Assembly (NCBI GenBank): GCA_036338695.1
Contig: JAYZBQ010000081.1
Span: 1-37,858 of the forward strand
DNA: 37,858 nt
Source of the DNA: Myxococcota bacterium
GTDB taxonomy: Bacteria; Myxococcota; UBA4151
Direction: 5' to 3'
Positions 1-8,345 of the stretch are shown here, piece by piece. Below the pieces are notes generated by a model, which ran no database searches, had not been told where the DNA came from, and saw nothing but the letters and a program-made list of their open reading frames with translations. How positions within the stretch are numbered: position 1 is the first letter of the stretch; every line of letters begins with the position of its first letter. A program made the position numbers and the translations under genes.

Positions 1-1593
1 GAGGGCGTCTGTGACGAAGGCAGCGGTCGGTGTGTGGAGTGTCTCGAGGACGCCCAGTGCGGCGCGTCGGGTTTGATCTGCGTCAGCGAGAGCTGCGTCC
101 AAGGCTGCCGCTCCGACGAGGGCTGCGCCGTGGGACAGATCTGCACCGACGACGCGTGCGTACCGGGTTGCCGCAATGACCAAGGCTGCGAGGACGGTGA
201 GCTCTGCGTTGACGGGTTGTGCGCCCGCGGCGACTGCCGTGACAACGGCGACTGCGGTCCTGGGCAGCGCTGCGTAAACAACTTCTGCGGCTCGCCCTGT
301 GGTCAAGACAGCGACTGCGGCGTGGGCTCGATCTGTGTTGAGAACAACTGCCAGCCAGGCTGTCGCGGCGATGACGACGTGGTCACCTGCGGCGAGGGTG
401 CGTTCTGCCGAGACCAGCAGTGCATCCGAGGATGTCCCGATGATGACGCCTGCCCCGGTGGGCAGATCTGCCTCGAGAACAGCTGCCGCGAGGGGTGCCG
501 TGAGGATGGGCAGTGCGAGGACGGCTTGCGCTGCATCGAGAACACCTGCTTGCGCGGTTGTCGCGACGACTCGAACTGCTTCGCCGGACAGCGCTGCATC
601 GAGAACGAGTGCCGGCAGTCTTGCACGCAAGATGCCAGCTGCGGCAACGGCCGGATCTGCGAAGAGGGTTTGTGCCAAGACGGGTGTCGAGATGACGCTG
701 GCTGCGGCTACAACGCACGCTGCGAGAATAATCAGTGCGTCGCAGGGTGTCGGGACAACAACTCATGCGACCGAGGCGAGACGTGCTTTGAGAACAACTG
801 CGCGCCGGGGTGCTTTGCGAACGGATCCGGCTGCCCGGCAGGGTACGTCTGCAATCGGCAGGCGCGCGCCTGCGTGCAGTGTCTCAGCGACAACGACTGC
901 GGCGGCCCGCTGACGTGTGATCGTGACTCATACACCTGCGTTTTGCGCTGTCAGCGCAGCTCGGATTGCCCGGGTGGCGCCATCTGCAGCGGCAACCACT
1001 GCGTGCCCTGTCGCGACGACAACCAGTGCAGCAACGGCTTGGTCTGTGACACGAACAGCGGCTGCGTTGAGTGCACGACCAATGATCACTGCGACCGGGG
1101 TGAGGTCTGCGACCCGATCCGCAAGCGTTGCACGGCTCCAGGGCTGAATGGGGTCTGTCAACCCGACGCCTCGGAAGGCGGGTGCACCACCAACGGTAAC
1201 CGCGACTGTCAGGATGGGCTGCGTTGCTATCGCGTCAACAACGGGCGCGACATCAACTCGACCTATTGCCTTCAGCCTTGCGCCAACAACTCCGAGTGTC
1301 CGCGCGGGTTCCATTGCCTTGAACAAGGCGCGTGCTTCCCGTTCTCGAGCCGCCAAGAGCTGACCTGCGAAGCCTACGCCGAACTCGGCACGCGGTGCAC
1401 GAACTCGCAGCAGTGCGGGGTGAATTCAGTGGCGGACGACGCGATCTGCTCGGGCTACGGGCGGTACTCGAACCCGCCCCGTTGCTCGTGGTTCTGCGCA
1501 AGCAACACGGACTGTCCGTCGAATCATGTGTGTGAGGACCCGCCGCCGGCAAACGGCAACGACCCTGCGCCACGCTGTACACCTCAACCCTAG
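1..1593 (+). CDS. Cys-rich tandem-repeat protein, probably secreted or surface-associated; 5'-truncated by the window edge
   Basis: Frame is open from base 1 (EGVCDEGSGRCVEC...). About 17 four-Cys units of the form GCRxDxxCxxGxxCxxNxC, then a differently spaced Cys-rich C-terminal region; stop TAG at 1591-1593. Confidence 0.85.
   Translation, partial: EGVCDEGSGRCVECLEDAQCGASGLICVSESCVQGCRSDEGCAVGQICTDDACVPGCRNDQGCEDGELCVDGLCARGDCRDNGDCGPGQRCVNNFCGSPCGQDSDCGVGSICVENNCQPGCRGDDDVVTCGEGAFCRDQQCIRGCPDDDACPGGQICLENSCREGCREDGQCEDGLRCIENTCLRGCRDDSNCFAGQRCIENECRQSCTQDASCGNGRICEEGLCQDGCRDDAGCGYNARCENNQCVAGCRDNNSCDRGETCFENNCAPGCFANGSGCPAGYVCNRQARACVQCLSDNDCGGPLTCDRDSYTCVLRCQRSSDCPGGAICSGNHCVPCRDDNQCSNGLVCDTNSGCVECTTNDHCDRGEVCDPIRKRCTAPGLNGVCQPDASEGGCTTNGNRDCQDGLRCYRVNNGRDINSTYCLQPCANNSECPRGFHCLEQGACFPFSSRQELTCEAYAELGTRCTNSQQCGVNSVADDAICSGYGRYSNPPRCSWFCASNTDCPSNHVCEDPPPANGNDPAPRCTPQP
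34..1140 (+). repeat. Coding tandem repeat, ~21 aa (~63 nt) unit, C-x5-C-x5-C-x4-C
   Basis: Units such as GCRSDEGCAVGQICTDDACVP, GCREDGQCEDGLRCIENTCLR and GCRDDSNCFAGQRCIENECRQ in the translation. Confidence 0.9.
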
Positions 1594-1620
1594 CGAGCTG
1601 ATCGCCAACGGAGCGTTGCG

Positions 1621-3486
1621 TTGAGCCGTATCCTCGTCCTCGATGACGACAAGCGCTTTGCCGAGAGCCTCGCCTCCCTGCTCGAGGGGCTCGGTTACGA
1701 GCTCTTGCTCGCCAAGAACGTCGATGAGGCGCGCACCCAGTGCGCCGAGCAATCGCCCGACTTCGCCCTGGTGGACCTCGTCCTACCGGGGCCGGAGCCC
1801 GACGCCCTCGTCGTCGAGCTCAAGGACCGCAACGCTGAGATGCCGGTGGTGCTCATGTCCGGCTTCTTCCAGCAGGGCAAAGAGGTCGAGCGGATGCAGC
1901 GGCTCTGCGGCACGGACCTCTTTCTCGCAAAGCCTTTCGACTTTGACCGGCTCGTGGCGCTGCTTCGAACGCAGCTGGGTGACCCGAGCGCGCTGGGTGA
2001 TGGGAGCCAAGAACCGGAGCTGGATGAGGCGGGGCGGCTTGAGCAAACGAGCCTTGCGACGGTACTGATGCGCGCCAGCGCCTCGGGCGAAGCGCAGATC
2101 GTCGACAGCCACAATCAGCGTGGGCGGCAGCGTTACTTCGTGCGCGACGGGCGGCTCCACTTCTGGCAGAGTGATCATCCCGGGTTGAACCTCCCTGGAT
2201 TGCTCGGTCTGAGCGCTGGCGAAGCCGCGCTGGCGATCGCCACGGCGCGGCACGCGCACGTCCCGCTGCTCGATGCGCTGGTCAAGCAGGGGCTCTGCGA
2301 TCAGAAGCAAGCCGTCCTGGCGTGGCGCATGGGCGCCTTGAGCCTGCTGCAGTCGGGTCTCTTGAGCCCTGGAACAGCGCATGTTCGCACCGTTGACGGA
2401 TGGTTTGATATCCTCCCGGACCTCGAACTTGAGCTGCCCAAGCTGCTGCTCCACGGCATCGGGAAAGCGCATCCAAAGCGGGTGCAGCATTATCTGGCAC
2501 CGAGAGCCTCTGGCTTGCTCCTGCCCGGACCCAACTTCTCGTCGCTTGAGCGCGAACACGAGCGGGTCTTTGGCTCTGCCGTGCGCAATCAAGTGAGCAA
2601 CTCCGGGACCCTCAGCGGTGAGATCATGGGTCGGCTGTGGAGCGACCCGCGCAAACGCGATCGGGTCTACAGCGAGCTCTATGCGTTGATCGTCACCGGA
2701 CAGGTCGTCGTGCTCCAAGCCGCTGAAGATGCCGGCGCCCAACAACCGAACGAGGGCTTCGGCGTGATCCAAACGAGCGTCGAGCACCATCATGACAGTC
2801 TCGAGGGACTCGATGACGAGGTGGTCCGCATTCGGGAGGACATCCGGCGGCTCTACGACGAGCAAGACGGCCGAGATCACTACGCAGCGCTCGGCGTTGC
2901 GATCGGCGCAACGCCCGACGACATCACCGAGGCATTTCGCGAGCGCTTCTCGACTTACCACACCGATCGATTCCGCGGGATGGAGCTCGGCAGCGACCTT
3001 GAGCTCCTGCAGCGCGTCTTGGCTCGCTGGGGTGAAGCGCGTGACCTGCTGAGCAACGCCGAGGCTCGTAAAGAATACGACCTAGGGCTTGAGCGGGAGC
3101 AAGCGGGCGCATCGGCTGACGTGGACGCGCTGCTCGCCGCGGACGGTTTGGTCCGAAAGGCTGAGAAAGCGATCGAGACCGGCCACTACAAACAGGCGCA
3201 TCAGCTGATGGAGCAGGTGCTTGAGCTCCGGCCCGACGCCGAACAATATCAGTTCCTGAGCGCGTTCTGCGCCGGGATGCAAGGGAGCGAAGACGCAGCT
3301 GCCACCTACGAGCGCCTCAAGACGCTCAGCGAGGCTGCGACCGTTCCGGGCTCCGAGCGGATGCTCGGTCAGATGGCGCTTCGGAGCGGCGACCAGCAGC
3401 AGGCGCTTCGACACCTCAAGTCTGCCGTCAGCGCCCGCCGTGACGACTTTGTCGCCCAGCGCGAGCTTCGCCGTCTCGAAGCCTAG
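1621..3486 (+). CDS. Response regulator receiver + DUF4388/PATAN-like region + J-like domain + TPR-like tail
   Basis: REC motifs ILVLDDD, ALVDLVLP, MSG and AKPF; central LEQTSLATVL...YFVRDGRL segment; J-like DHYAALGV...YHTDRF...LLSNAEARKEYD; C-terminal TPR-like helices. TTG start. Confidence 0.85.
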   Translation: MSRILVLDDDKRFAESLASLLEGLGYELLLAKNVDEARTQCAEQSPDFALVDLVLPGPEPDALVVELKDRNAEMPVVLMSGFFQQGKEVERMQRLCGTDLFLAKPFDFDRLVALLRTQLGDPSALGDGSQEPELDEAGRLEQTSLATVLMRASASGEAQIVDSHNQRGRQRYFVRDGRLHFWQSDHPGLNLPGLLGLSAGEAALAIATARHAHVPLLDALVKQGLCDQKQAVLAWRMGALSLLQSGLLSPGTAHVRTVDGWFDILPDLELELPKLLLHGIGKAHPKRVQHYLAPRASGLLLPGPNFSSLEREHERVFGSAVRNQVSNSGTLSGEIMGRLWSDPRKRDRVYSELYALIVTGQVVVLQAAEDAGAQQPNEGFGVIQTSVEHHHDSLEGLDDEVVRIREDIRRLYDEQDGRDHYAALGVAIGATPDDITEAFRERFSTYHTDRFRGMELGSDLELLQRVLARWGEARDLLSNAEARKEYDLGLEREQAGASADVDALLAADGLVRKAEKAIETGHYKQAHQLMEQVLELRPDAEQYQFLSAFCAGMQGSEDAAATYERLKTLSEAATVPGSERMLGQMALRSGDQQQALRHLKSAVSARRDDFVAQRELRRLEA

Positions 3487-5810
3487 CGGCGCCGTCGTCT
3501 CACACCGGCGGCGAGCACGAGCCACAGCAGACCGGACGGGGTGATACCTGAGCAGGTGCACCCCGAGGCCGGCACGGGCTTCTCTTCGGGTTCGGGTGCG
3601 GGCGGCTCGGGCAGGACGCAGTCTGCCGCAAGGTCCTCGTCGACATCGACCTGCAGCTCGATGTTGCGCAGCACCGTCCCGTCACCGGTCGTGCCGATGC
3701 TGACGAACAAGGGCTGCGGGCAGCTCACGTCCAAGTTGGTCATCGCCAGCCGCTCGGAGCTGCCGCGTCGCGCCGTCTCGAAGACCGCTTGCCCGTCATG
3801 GCTAACGGCCCCGTTGTCGTAGTCAAAGACGATCCGCTCGCGCAGTTTCACCACACCGAGGATCTGTCCGTTGTCTTGGTTGCCGCCGCCGGGAACACCG
3901 GCGTTGCCGCCTTGGCTCGAAGCCCAGCTGAGCTGAGCAGCGACAGTCCCTGCCGGCAGGTTGATCTGGATCTGGTAAGGCGCCGGGATCAGCTCGCCTC
4001 GGTTCAGCCCAAAGCTGTCGGCGGAGGTCAAGTGAAGCGCTTCGATCACGGGTTCGCGCGGGACGCTCCCGTCGGCTGGGTTGATCGGTCGCACACGCTC
4101 GCAGCCGAGCAAGCCTTGGTCGGTGAAGTAGCCGCGCAGCGCGCTCGCCGTGTCTTCGCCGAGCGCCAACTCGGTCTCCTCGATGACGGTGTTTGCGGCG
4201 GTGTCATACCCTGCGTTGCGACCGCTCATCGTCGCCATAGCGGTCAACACGGCGCCGTCGAAGGCGCTGCGCTCCGCCTCGTCGAGCTGCTGGCGAAATG
4301 CCCACAGCGAGCTCGCCCAAGGCTCGCCGTCGTCGTGCACTTCCCCTGTCAGGTCCGTTGGGCAAGCCTTCGCCGTGCTCAGCTCTCGAATACCGCTACC
4401 GCCGGCGATCGTGACGTAGCGACCGAGTGTCGGGTTTTCGGTGATCGTGAGCGCTGCGTAGTCGGCGAAGCCTTCGTTGAGCGAGCCTGGCGTCAGGTGG
4501 GTGCCATAGTCATCTTTGTAACCGCCCGAGAGCTTGCTCGAGGAGCCGACGACGGCGTGCGCCAGCTCGTGATAGAGCACATCGGCGGCGTAGACGAACT
4601 TGCTCTCGATGCCCTGAAACATCAGGACCGAGTCGAACGCGCGCTCGAGTGGGAGCGACACATCACCGGTGCCCTGCCCGATCGCCGGCAGGTACGCTGC
4701 GTTGTCGAACGGGTAAAAGCACTCGATTCGGATGGGTTGCTGAGTAAACGGGCCGATGCAGCCCATGGCGTTGAGCGCCTGGATCTCGGACTGACCGCCG
4801 AAGGGGATGGCGGGCATGAGGTAGTTCACGCTGATCCGGAAGGGCATATCGCGCTGGGTCTGATTGTCGAAACGAAAGTCCGTCAGCCCGAGCGCCCGGA
4901 GGTGATCAAGGAACAGGTGCGCATGGTAGTAGCCCTGGACCTCGGCGAAGCTGTCGCGGTGGGGCGCGTGCGGGTCATCGATCTGGGTGCGGATCGGTGT
5001 TGCAAAGGTGCCGTTGCCGCGCAGGTTGTATTGGCTGGGTTCGAACAGCCAGTCGTCGTTCTCGTCGGGCGACGCCATCGCCATCTCGTCACAGATCGGC
5101 ATGCTGGCGTTGAAGCCCCCTAAGTTCACGTCGATGCGCGCCGGATCGGCTCCCTCGCGGCAGCGCTCGGTGACGCAGCAGTTGCTGATGTCAAAGTCGT
5201 CCGAGCGCAGGCGTGTTCCCGGCGCTGGATCGAGCGTGACGGTCGTGGTGGCGTCCATGTCGCGCTCGGCGCCTGGGTCGTAGTCGAAGACCTCTGCTTG
5301 CTGAGCGTGCACGACCCGATTGACCGTGCTCAGGACGGCGCCGCTGACCGCATCGACGACGCTCTCATAACTCCACAGCGGAACGGGCGACGCTTGGTGA
5401 ACGATGTAAACCGGCAGCAAGCCCTGGTCGCGAACGAGCCAGGCGCGGTAGGTTGCGCTGTGTCGCCGAGCTTGCGCCGCATCGTCATAGCGTACCGGCG
5501 GCGCTTCGGCGCGCGCCGCTTGCCATGCCTGCTCTGCCGACAGCGACCAGCCCCCCAAGCGGTCATAGCGTGTCGGGGCGCCCGAGGGACGGACGAAGAG
5601 CCGCTCGCCCTGCGCCGAGCGTCGCACGACGATCTGAAACCCGTGCACGGGGACGCCGTCGACGGTCGCTCGAACAAAGAGGGCGTCACCCTGCGCCACC
5701 TTGAGCTGCTTTCGGATCTGCAGCTCCAGCCCCGGAGCGTCGATGAGACCGAGCTCGGCAGGGTTCAAAAGGGTCGCCGTAAGGCTCAGTAATCCGATGG
5801 CAAAGGACAT
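3483..5810 (-). CDS. Secreted zinc metalloprotease (M36 fungalysin / M4 thermolysin-like) with propeptide and MYXO-CTERM-like anchor
   Basis: N-terminal signal peptide; PepSY-like VVDAVSGAVL; HELAH zinc motif, downstream NEGFADY ligand and GEVHDDGEPW; Pro-rich linker then GCTCS-hydrophobic-RRRRR tail. Confidence 0.85.
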   Translation of the reverse strand: MSFAIGLLSLTATLLNPAELGLIDAPGLELQIRKQLKVAQGDALFVRATVDGVPVHGFQIVVRRSAQGERLFVRPSGAPTRYDRLGGWSLSAEQAWQAARAEAPPVRYDDAAQARRHSATYRAWLVRDQGLLPVYIVHQASPVPLWSYESVVDAVSGAVLSTVNRVVHAQQAEVFDYDPGAERDMDATTTVTLDPAPGTRLRSDDFDISNCCVTERCREGADPARIDVNLGGFNASMPICDEMAMASPDENDDWLFEPSQYNLRGNGTFATPIRTQIDDPHAPHRDSFAEVQGYYHAHLFLDHLRALGLTDFRFDNQTQRDMPFRISVNYLMPAIPFGGQSEIQALNAMGCIGPFTQQPIRIECFYPFDNAAYLPAIGQGTGDVSLPLERAFDSVLMFQGIESKFVYAADVLYHELAHAVVGSSSKLSGGYKDDYGTHLTPGSLNEGFADYAALTITENPTLGRYVTIAGGSGIRELSTAKACPTDLTGEVHDDGEPWASSLWAFRQQLDEAERSAFDGAVLTAMATMSGRNAGYDTAANTVIEETELALGEDTASALRGYFTDQGLLGCERVRPINPADGSVPREPVIEALHLTSADSFGLNRGELIPAPYQIQINLPAGTVAAQLSWASSQGGNAGVPGGGNQDNGQILGVVKLRERIVFDYDNGAVSHDGQAVFETARRGSSERLAMTNLDVSCPQPLFVSIGTTGDGTVLRNIELQVDVDEDLAADCVLPEPPAPEPEEKPVPASGCTCSGITPSGLLWLVLAAGVRRRRR

Positions 5811-5969
5811 AGCGCGCTCCTCAAATCGGGCTTAACCTACCGGCCGGTAGAGGGGGCTGCCCTCGGTCAATTGACGGTCCGGCAAAAGATAGAATTGAAG
5901 ACGCAGGGACTGTGAGTCGTATTACACATATGCTAGGGCGCATTTGCCTCACGCGGAAAGGTAGCGGAC

Positions 5970-6725
5970 ATGAATCGAGTTTTGGTTTTTGTATCGGTTT
6001 TGATGGTCGGTTTGCCGGCACTTGCAGGAGCGGCTGGCGACGCAGCGACCCTGTCGAAAGAGCATTATGACGCCTACTGCCGTTACAAGAACTTTGTCGG
6101 TGATGAGGCGACCCTCAAGAAGTACAAATCGGTTGATCGGGCGCACAAAGCCTTCGCCCGCGCCGAGCGGATGAAGTCGAAGGCGCTGACGGAGCTGATC
6201 GCACGGGGTGACACGGTGGGTAGCTGTGAAGCCTTCAAAGGGGTCTGGGAGCAGCGCCTCAAGAAAGAGCTCGCAGCGATCGCCGGGGTGGGCGACGTCA
6301 TCAAACTGTTCGACGAGCAGGAGTTCGCTAGTCGCATCGATTGGTCCGAGGTGAACGCGTCCAACAGCGCGCATGTCGTGGTCTGGGTCAGCTGGAAGTT
6401 TAAGGATCTTCGCTTTATCGAGGAGGAGGCGGCGCTTGTTGGTGCAGCGGTGGCCAAGGCGATCCCTGCGGTCGGGACCTTGAGCATCTGGGCGCACAAG
6501 GGCGCCAAGAAGCGCATGGTGTTTGAGGCGAAAACCTACGGCACGAACCTTGGGTACATGAAGGCAGATCAAGCGAGCACCTTCGGCAAGACCCGCTACT
6601 GGCGCTTCTTTGAGAACATCCGCTTCCACAAGGTCTTGCGCCGGCAGCTCAAGAAGGGCGAGGAGCTTCTGGTTAGCGCCAAGACGAAGCCGGACGCACC
6701 CGCGGAGGCGGCGAAGGCGAACTGA
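5970..6725 (+). CDS. Hypothetical secreted basic protein
   Basis: ATG with upstream AAGG; Sec-type signal MNRVLVFVSVLMVGLPALAG; Lys-rich; no family motif recognised. Confidence 0.75.
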   Translation: MNRVLVFVSVLMVGLPALAGAAGDAATLSKEHYDAYCRYKNFVGDEATLKKYKSVDRAHKAFARAERMKSKALTELIARGDTVGSCEAFKGVWEQRLKKELAAIAGVGDVIKLFDEQEFASRIDWSEVNASNSAHVVVWVSWKFKDLRFIEEEAALVGAAVAKAIPAVGTLSIWAHKGAKKRMVFEAKTYGTNLGYMKADQASTFGKTRYWRFFENIRFHKVLRRQLKKGEELLVSAKTKPDAPAEAAKAN

Positions 6726-6777
6726 CCCCCTGACCAAAGCGGTCGTATAGGGTAAAGGGGCTCCGGAGGGGTCGAGC

Positions 6778-8334
6778 GTGGAGCCTCACGAGGTACCAGA
6801 TCAGATCGGTCGCTACGAGGTGATCCAGCACCTTGCGAGCGGGGGCATGGCGGATCTTTTTCTCTGCCGCCAGACCGGTCCGATGGGCTTTGAGAAGGTC
6901 GCGGCGCTCAAAAAGATCCGAAGCCGACACTCGGAGGACAGCGAGTTCCTCACGATGTTCATGGATGAGGCACGCGTCGCGGCGCTGCTGAATCACCCCA
7001 ACATCGCGCAGATCTACGATCTTGGTGATGAAGACGGGTCGCCGTATCTGGCGATGGAGTTCGTGAACGGTCGCAACCTGTCGGCGATCTTCAAGAAGTC
7101 GGTGGCGCAAGGTCAGACCATCCCAGAGCATATCGTCGCTGGGATCATGCGCGGGATCGTACGAGGCCTCGCCTATGCGCACGGGCTCTCCGCGCCGAAC
7201 GGTCAGCCGCTCGACCTCGTTCACCGCGACGTGACCCCGCAGAACGTAATCGTCAGTCATGATGGTCAGATCAAGCTAGTGGATTTTGGGATCGCCAAGG
7301 CGGCGACCCAGATGGCGCGGACGCGCCACGGCGTGATCAAGGGGAAATACAGCTACATGAGCCCTGAGCAGGTGCGTAGCGAGCCGCTCGACGGCCGCTC
7401 GGATCTCTTTGCCGTGGGCATCTTGATGTACGAAGCGCTAACGGCGCGTCGCCCCTTCAAGCGTAGCAACACGGTCGATACACTCAAAGCGGTCGTGCAG
7501 GATCTCCCGCCCGATCCAAGGCGCTTTAACGCAGCGATCTCCAAACCGATGATCGACATCATCGCGCGCTCCTTGTTCAAGAAGCGAGATAAGCGGTTTC
7601 GTGATGCGCACGCGATGTTGAGCGCGCTCGAGAAGGTGCTGCATGACCGCGATGAGCCCGTCACTGATTCGGTGATCGCCCAGTGGACCAATGACCTCTT
7701 TGAGTCCGACGAGACCAAAGCTGAGCGGACCATTGTCCTCAAAGACATCGGCGAAATCCTGCTCCCGGATGCGGAGTCGGTCAGCGTCGTCGTGAGCCTT
7801 GAGATGGAGGACTCCGAGCAGCGCGGCGTCCCGGAGAAAACGGTCATTTCCATGCTGAGCGAGGTCGAGCCAGCGGGTCATTCAGAGCTCTCCGGGAGCC
7901 TCTCGGTGCGCATTGAAGAGGTGACCGGTTCCGCCGGTGAACACGATCATCAGGCGACCGTTCCGCATCGTGTGGAGTTCGAGGCTAAGCTCGAGGGTGA
8001 GTCGGCTGATGAGCGCACCATTATCTCGGATCCGCCCCTCTCTGCTCGCCTCGATGACCCACCGCCTGAACGCTCGATCCCCGACGCAGCATCGCTCCCC
8101 GTGATGCCGATGCGCAGCGCCGCACCGTCATCCGCTCAGGGGCCAGCGGATCACGCCGGAGGTTTTCGCGTGGTCGCTGACGACACCTTGCCCCCTCGAC
8201 CAGGTCCTCAGCGGACGACCTCAAGCTACTCACAGGCAGCCGCAGAGCATCGGCTCACCTTGCTCAAGTTTATTGCGCTCGGGGTCGGGATCGGCGCCAC
8301 GCTCTTGGTCGGATTGATCCTCTTCTCTAAATAA
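6778..8334 (+). CDS. Hanks-type Ser/Thr protein kinase with acidic/Pro-rich linker and one C-terminal TM helix
   Basis: GGAGG RBS before GTG; LASGGMADLF, VAALKK, HRDVTPQN, DFG, YMSPEQ, SDLFAVG; terminal TM FIALGVGIGATLLVGLILF. Confidence 0.93.
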   Translation: MEPHEVPDQIGRYEVIQHLASGGMADLFLCRQTGPMGFEKVAALKKIRSRHSEDSEFLTMFMDEARVAALLNHPNIAQIYDLGDEDGSPYLAMEFVNGRNLSAIFKKSVAQGQTIPEHIVAGIMRGIVRGLAYAHGLSAPNGQPLDLVHRDVTPQNVIVSHDGQIKLVDFGIAKAATQMARTRHGVIKGKYSYMSPEQVRSEPLDGRSDLFAVGILMYEALTARRPFKRSNTVDTLKAVVQDLPPDPRRFNAAISKPMIDIIARSLFKKRDKRFRDAHAMLSALEKVLHDRDEPVTDSVIAQWTNDLFESDETKAERTIVLKDIGEILLPDAESVSVVVSLEMEDSEQRGVPEKTVISMLSEVEPAGHSELSGSLSVRIEEVTGSAGEHDHQATVPHRVEFEAKLEGESADERTIISDPPLSARLDDPPPERSIPDAASLPVMPMRSAAPSSAQGPADHAGGFRVVADDTLPPRPGPQRTTSSYSQAAAEHRLTLLKFIALGVGIGATLLVGLILFSK

Positions 8335-8345
8335 CAAAGACTCCG

